Shown one piece after another: positions 28,153 through 32,000 of a stretch of 32,000 nt of DNA. How positions within the stretch are numbered: position 1 is the stretch's first letter; every line of letters starts with the position of its first letter. Where the stretch lies: NCBI RefSeq assembly GCF_000007145.1, contig NC_003902.1:3506497-3538496 (forward strand), written 5' to 3'. This DNA comes from Xanthomonas campestris pv. campestris str. ATCC 33913. GTDB lineage: Bacteria > Pseudomonadota > Gammaproteobacteria > Xanthomonadales > Xanthomonadaceae. A program made the translations under genes and the position numbers. Under the pieces are notes generated by a model. The model ran no database searches and was not told the origin of the DNA. It saw only the letters and a program-made list of their open reading frames with translations.

Positions 28153-28659
28153 GTGACGCCCCGACCACCGGCGATCTCTTCCGAGCCATCCATGAGCGGA
28201 TTCACTGCCACCGGCACCACCAGCGCCACGCCTGATGCGATCGCCAATGCAACGTTTTGGCCCGCGATCGCACCGGCGACTGTGCGGGCGAGCATGCGCC
28301 TGGATGGCACCGTGACCGATGCGCGTCTGCGCCACGCCATCGTCGCCGCAATGCTCGCGGTCAACGATGCGCTGCAGACGTGGGCAGACGCGCAACAGGC
28401 CGCCGGCTACGCGGTATTGGCCGACGTGCCCAGCACGACCGTCGATGGAATCTCGCGCCGCGTACAGCTTTACCTACGCGCCGTTGCGTGTGCCACCGCC
28501 GTTGAGGTGACAGAGCGTTACCGCAGCTTCGATGCCACCGACAGCGCAAATCAGCGCGCCGATGACCTGTCACCGAGCATCACCGAGCTACGCCGCGACC
28601 AGCGCTGGGCCGTGCGCGATCTGCAGAACCTACCGCGCAGCACGGTGGAGCTCATCTGA
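28153..28659 (+). CDS. L: head completion/stabilisation protein (P2 gpL family)
   Basis: 168 aa from GTG 28153, where the position of ATFWPAI...RASMRLDGTV lines up with P2 gpL. ATG 28192 is an alternative start. Confidence 0.8.
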   Translation: MTPRPPAISSEPSMSGFTATGTTSATPDAIANATFWPAIAPATVRASMRLDGTVTDARLRHAIVAAMLAVNDALQTWADAQQAAGYAVLADVPSTTVDGISRRVQLYLRAVACATAVEVTERYRSFDATDSANQRADDLSPSITELRRDQRWAVRDLQNLPRSTVELI

Positions 28660-28868
28660 TGCGCGTGCACGCCATGCAAGGCGACACCGTCGACCTGCTG
28701 TGCTGGCGCCACCTGGGCAGCACGGCCGGCCTGGTCGAGCGCACCTATCTCCTCAATCCCGGCCTGGCCGAACTGGGCGCCGTGCTCCCGCACGGCACGC
28801 CGGTGGAGTTGCCCGAGGTAACCACCACCACAGCGGCGATGACGCCGCTTGTGCAGCTATGGGACTGA
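28659..28868 (+). CDS. X: tail protein X (P2 gpX family, LysM-like)
   Basis: 69 aa. GDTVDLLCWRHLG...NPGLA matches gpX. Its start overlaps the L stop. Confidence 0.85.
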   Translation: MRVHAMQGDTVDLLCWRHLGSTAGLVERTYLLNPGLAELGAVLPHGTPVELPEVTTTTAAMTPLVQLWD

Positions 28869-28872
28869 TCCG

Positions 28873-29229
28873 ATGACCGAACCCACCTCCGTATCGAGCG
28901 GCTTTTTGATCGCCACCGGTGTGGGCCTTGCCTCCGTGCTGCCTGGCATCGACGGCGATGCGCTGATCGGCGCCTTCGCCGGCGGCGCGCTGTTCGTGGT
29001 GTCCGCCGCCAAGCAACCGCTGTTGGCGCGGCTGATCTATTTCCCGGTGAGCGTGATCGCCGGCTACCAGCTGGCGCCGGAAATCCTGCGCTGGTTGCCG
29101 ATCAAGTCCAGTGGCGTGGCCGCCTTCGCCAGCGCGGCGTGCGCGATCACCGTCACGCTGGGCCTGATCGAAAAGAGCAAGTCCTTCGACTTTTCCTTCC
29201 TACGTCGTGGAGGTCCGCCCAGTGCATAG
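28873..29229 (+). CDS. holin-like membrane protein
   Basis: 118 aa with 3-4 hydrophobic segments. Sits in the position of P2 gene Y, between X and the endolysin. Confidence 0.65.
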   Translation: MTEPTSVSSGFLIATGVGLASVLPGIDGDALIGAFAGGALFVVSAAKQPLLARLIYFPVSVIAGYQLAPEILRWLPIKSSGVAAFASAACAITVTLGLIEKSKSFDFSFLRRGGPPSA

Positions 29230-29497
29230 CCTGGTCACCGTCCTGACGTTGATGGCCTCGCTCGCCATCTGCGTCCGCCTGCTTACCTACCACCGGCCCG
29301 TCGATGCGCGCCATCGACGCGGCGCGGGCTGGTGCGCGTGGTTGCTGATCGCCAGCACCGGCGGCCAGGCGCTGCACATCCTGCTGGCCGGCGCCGGCTC
29401 GCAAGTCAGTCTCTGGCACCTGGGCACGTTGATCGTGCTGGCGGTGCTCACCTACCGCGCCCAGGGCAATGTGGCGCGCATCCTGAAGGTCGATTGA
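29222..29497 (+). CDS. second small membrane protein (holin/antiholin candidate)
   Basis: GTG 29222 lies 8 nt after GGAGG (GTG 29207 is an alternative). Has three hydrophobic segments. Its stop overlaps the endolysin start. Confidence 0.6.
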   Translation: MHSLVTVLTLMASLAICVRLLTYHRPVDARHRRGAGWCAWLLIASTGGQALHILLAGAGSQVSLWHLGTLIVLAVLTYRAQGNVARILKVD

Positions 29498-30135
29498 TGT
29501 TCACCGATACCCAGCTCGCCTCGATCATGCAGTGTTCGCCGCAACGCGCTCAGCGCTGGCACGGCCCACTGCTCGCCGCCGCCAACCGCTTTGGCATCAC
29601 CACCAAGCGCCGCGCTGCGCACTGGCTCGGTCAGGTCGGCCACGAAAGCCTGAGCCTGTCGCGCATGGAAGAAGGGCTGACCTACACCACCAGCGCTCGG
29701 CTGTTGGAAGTGTTCGGCACGCGCATCACACCGGCCCAGGCGCCCAAGTTCCTGCGCAATCCGGTCGGCCTGGCCAACTTCGTCTACGCCGACCGCCTGG
29801 GCAACGGCAACACCGCCAGCGGCGACGGTCACCGCTACCGGGGCCGTGGCCCGATGCAGCACACGTTCCGTGGCAACTACCGCCGCATCGGTGAGCTGAT
29901 TGGCCTGCCGGTGGAAGAACAGCCGGATCTGCTGCTGCAGGTTGAGCCAAGCGCACTGGGAGCGGCGGCGTACTGGCACGACAACGGCCTCAACGTGCTG
30001 GCCGATACGGGCGACGTGCTTGGCCTGGGCCGCAAGATCAACTTGGGCAACGTGCGTGCCAAGCGCTTGCCCGAAGGCCACAGCGATCGCGTCACGCGCA
30101 CGCAGCGCGCCCTGCAGATCCTGGGCGTGAGCTGA
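29497..30135 (+). CDS. endolysin, glycoside hydrolase family 19 (chitinase-like) type
   Basis: 212 aa. HWLGQVGHESLSL, YRGRGPMQHTFRGNY and AAAYWHDNGLN are typical of GH19 phage lysins. Confidence 0.8.
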   Translation: MFTDTQLASIMQCSPQRAQRWHGPLLAAANRFGITTKRRAAHWLGQVGHESLSLSRMEEGLTYTTSARLLEVFGTRITPAQAPKFLRNPVGLANFVYADRLGNGNTASGDGHRYRGRGPMQHTFRGNYRRIGELIGLPVEEQPDLLLQVEPSALGAAAYWHDNGLNVLADTGDVLGLGRKINLGNVRAKRLPEGHSDRVTRTQRALQILGVS

Positions 30136-30623
30136 TGGTCACGCGCCTGATCATCCTGCTGGCGCTGATTGCAGCGCTCGTCGGTAGCTGCGTGTGGCAG
30201 GAGCAGCGCGTCAGCGCCGCGCAGAAAGACCGCGATGCGGCGCTGCAGGCCAAGCGCCTGGCCGAAGCTCAACGCGACAGCGCCAAAGGCTCCACCACCG
30301 TCGTGACGCAGTACGTCGACCGCGTGCAGATCGTGCGCGAAGCCGGCGCCACTATCACCCGTGAGATCCCGATCTATGTCACCCAGAAAGCCGATGCTGC
30401 TTGCGCTATCCCTGCTGGTTTTGTGCGGCTGCATGACGCCGCCGCCACGGGCAACCCTGCCGGGCCGCCCACCGGAGATCCTGATGCGCCGACCGCCGGC
30501 ATTACGCTCTCTGCCATCGCTGGCACCGTCGCAGACAACTACACCAGCTGCCATGCAACCGCCGCGCAGCTGAGCGCGCTGCAGGACTGGATCGACCTGC
30601 AGGTACCGGAGCCGGCGCCATGA
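30135..30623 (+). CDS. i-spanin (Rz/LysB-like)
   Basis: 162 aa. N-terminal TM anchor (LIILLALIAALVGSCVW) followed by a charged coiled-coil-like periplasmic region. Lies immediately after the endolysin gene. Confidence 0.75.
   Translation: MVTRLIILLALIAALVGSCVWQEQRVSAAQKDRDAALQAKRLAEAQRDSAKGSTTVVTQYVDRVQIVREAGATITREIPIYVTQKADAACAIPAGFVRLHDAAATGNPAGPPTGDPDAPTAGITLSAIAGTVADNYTSCHATAAQLSALQDWIDLQVPEPAP
30394..30573 (+). CDS. o-spanin (Rz1/LysC-like) lipoprotein embedded in the +1 frame of the i-spanin gene
   Basis: 59 aa from ATG 30394. Lipobox MLLALSLLVLCGC followed by a Pro-rich mature part. Entirely inside 30135..30623. Confidence 0.7.
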   Translation: MLLALSLLVLCGCMTPPPRATLPGRPPEILMRRPPALRSLPSLAPSQTTTPAAMQPPRS

Positions 30624-31039
30624 TCAAGCCCGCCAGCCTGCGCGCGCATCTGGTCGCGGCCTTGCCGGATCTGGCACGCGATGCCGACCGGCTGCTGGTG
30701 TTTATCGACGCCGGTAGCCTGGTCAGCACTTTCCAGCCGGGACTGTCGTTCGAGTACCAGTACACGCTCAATCTGATCTTGACCGACTACGCCGGCCACC
30801 CGGACAGCGTGATGCTGCCGCTGCTGGAATGGGTGCAGGTCAATCAGTCCGAGCTGCTGTCCAATCCCGCGCGCCGTGGCGACATCGCCTTCGAGGCTGA
30901 CATCCTCGCCAACGATGCCGTGGATCTGTCGATCAAGTTGCCGCTGACCGAGCGCGTTGTCGTGACTGCGAAGGATGGCGTCGGCTACGACATCACGCAT
31001 GCGCCCGAGCCAGTGATCGATACGACATGGATGAGCTGA
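30620..31039 (+). CDS. R: tail completion protein (P2 gpR family)
   Basis: 139 aa. MIKPASLRAHL..., LSFEYQYTLNLILTDYAG and LPLTERV parallel P2 gpR. ATGA overlap with the Rz stop. Confidence 0.85.
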   Translation: MIKPASLRAHLVAALPDLARDADRLLVFIDAGSLVSTFQPGLSFEYQYTLNLILTDYAGHPDSVMLPLLEWVQVNQSELLSNPARRGDIAFEADILANDAVDLSIKLPLTERVVVTAKDGVGYDITHAPEPVIDTTWMS

Positions 31040-31485
31040 CCGCACTGGAGAACTGGGCCGCACCGCTGCTTGCGCGCCTGCAGCCCGGTGAACGCCGCAC
31101 GCTGGCACGCAAGATCGGAACGGAACTGCGGCGCTCGCAGAGCCAACGTATCGGCAAGCAGCAAGCGCCTGATGGCACGCCATACGCACCGCGCAAGCAG
31201 CAGCTGCGACAGAAATCCGGGCGCGTCAAACGCGCGAAGATGTTTGCCAAGCTGCGGCAAGCCAAGTTCTTCAAGGTCAGCGCAACTCCCAACGCTGTGA
31301 GCGTAGGATTCGTGGGGCGCGTGTCCCGCATTGCCCGTGTGCATCAAGAGGGGCTAACGGAACGTATCCGGGCGGGCGGACCCAAAGCGCGCTATGCCAA
31401 ACGTGGATTGATTGGAATAAGCAAGCACGACAGTAAAGAAATTGGAAATCTAATAATTTCAGCTCTTGGTGATTATCGTCTATGA
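31027..31485 (+). CDS. S: tail completion / virion morphogenesis protein (P2 gpS family)
   Basis: 152 aa. Overlaps the end of R as in P2. The last 25-30 codons are AT-rich, unlike the rest of the gene. Confidence 0.75.
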   Translation: MDELTALENWAAPLLARLQPGERRTLARKIGTELRRSQSQRIGKQQAPDGTPYAPRKQQLRQKSGRVKRAKMFAKLRQAKFFKVSATPNAVSVGFVGRVSRIARVHQEGLTERIRAGGPKARYAKRGLIGISKHDSKEIGNLIISALGDYRL

Positions 31486-31524
31486 TCGGGGTGCATACTT
31501 CACCACTCACGCAAAGGAATAGAA

Positions 31525-31737
31525 ATGAGTCTCGAATTCAAGACGGCGATGATCTACGGGGATCTAAGTTCAGATAGCGCCTCCGAGCAATATCCGGAAG
31601 TCACGGCTTGCACAGATTGTATCGAAAAAGATAGCAAGCGCGCCGAGGATCAAGAAATCGTTCAAATCACTGGCGATTACGACTCTTCGTATGGTGAGGA
31701 ATGCCATTTTTGCGATACACCCGCCGAGCCAGATTAA
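31525..31737 (+). CDS. small, highly acidic CxxC...CxxC (zinc-ribbon-like) protein, function unknown
   Basis: 70 aa. AAGGAA lies 5 nt before the ATG. Cys at 29, 32, 60 and 63. By my count 18 D/E versus 4 K/R. Sits in the AT-rich segment. Confidence 0.6.
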   Translation: MSLEFKTAMIYGDLSSDSASEQYPEVTACTDCIEKDSKRAEDQEIVQITGDYDSSYGEECHFCDTPAEPD

Positions 31738-31771
31738 TTCATTTTCAATAACTTAATGAAATTGAATTAAA

Positions 31772-32000
31772 ATGCCAAGCAAAGAAGAGACCCCGCAACC
31801 TAAACAAGGCGCGCATAATGCGGTGCCTTGGTATAGACAAAAAATAACTTTCTTGTCATTGCTTGCCCCGGTTTTTATTTTCCTCGGCTGGATCCTCCTA
31901 AGTGGACCAACTGCGCTTCAGAACTCGCGAATACTTCCAGATGAAGTAAATAAAACATGGCATGCTTTCAGTAGCTGGCTTCACGAGGATGAGGAATGGA
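31772..32000 (+). CDS. 5' part of an unknown membrane-protein gene, truncated by the window edge
   Basis: ATG 31772, open to position 32000 (MPSKEETPQPKQGAHNAVPWYRQKITFLSLLAPVFIFLGWILLSG...). One predicted TM helix. AT-rich. Not in the ORF track because it has no stop. Confidence 0.45.
   Translation, partial: MPSKEETPQPKQGAHNAVPWYRQKITFLSLLAPVFIFLGWILLSGPTALQNSRILPDEVNKTWHAFSSWLHEDEEW

Larger units (their letters stand above)
16584..32000. mobile_element. P2/phiCTX-family prophage (att-proximal cargo, cos region, head and lysis genes, start of tail genes); continues beyond the window
   Basis: Starts at the tRNA fragment junction and contains a colinear P2 Q-P/O-N-M-L-X-lysis-R-S module. The integrase, replication and tail genes and the intact tRNA-Lys are not in the window. 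Confidence 0.85.

Noticed and set aside
25937-28189. 750-aa ORF antisense to gpO/gpN/gpM
   Set aside because: Shadow ORF spanning three well-supported plus-strand genes, with repetitive low-complexity translation.

Overview
The window is high-GC Gammaproteobacteria-type DNA whose protein motifs look Xanthomonas/Stenotrophomonas-like; that taxonomic call is my inference. It splits into two parts. Positions 1-16.5 kb are ordinary chromosome: dps, recQ, a secreted protein, an orphan CheY-like receiver, a pseudouridine synthase, a GNAT, the divergent argO/argP pair, a ClC channel with CBS domains, a secreted alpha/beta hydrolase and an HWE histidine kinase with its receiver. Three stretches in this part have no convincing genes (about 4.0-5.0, 6.5-7.6 and 15.1-16.5 kb). 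At 16539-16583 there is only the 3' portion of a tRNA-Lys(UUU), anticodon loop to CCA, followed by its own terminator. I read this as the displaced att copy at the edge of an integrated element that fills the rest of the window. That element is a P2/phiCTX-family prophage. The structural and lysis genes are colinear with P2: portal Q and terminase P on the minus strand, then O, N, M, L, X, two holin-like genes, a GH19 endolysin, Rz with embedded Rz1, R and S. The accessory content is the interesting part. (a) Between att and cos lie a lipoprotein and an SOS-box-preceded umuDC. (b) An AT-rich region carries about 11 copies of GGTAATC/GATTACC, a small HNH-like ORF and a sequence closely resembling the P2/186 cohesive end. 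(c) Between that cos candidate and the portal gene sit a lower-GC XRE-HTH/ImmA metallopeptidase gene translationally coupled to a DUF4411 PIN-like gene (best candidate for a defence/toxin-antitoxin module), and a Mu Com-like zinc finger overlapping a DNA methyltransferase at the end of the P-Q late operon. (d) A sharp GC drop begins inside the 3' end of gene S and leads into an AT-rich moron, with a very acidic CxxC...CxxC protein and a membrane-protein ORF cut by the window edge. I saw no rRNA, complete tRNA, CRISPR array, integrase or transposase. All homology calls rest on motif recognition and remembered reference sequences, not searches.
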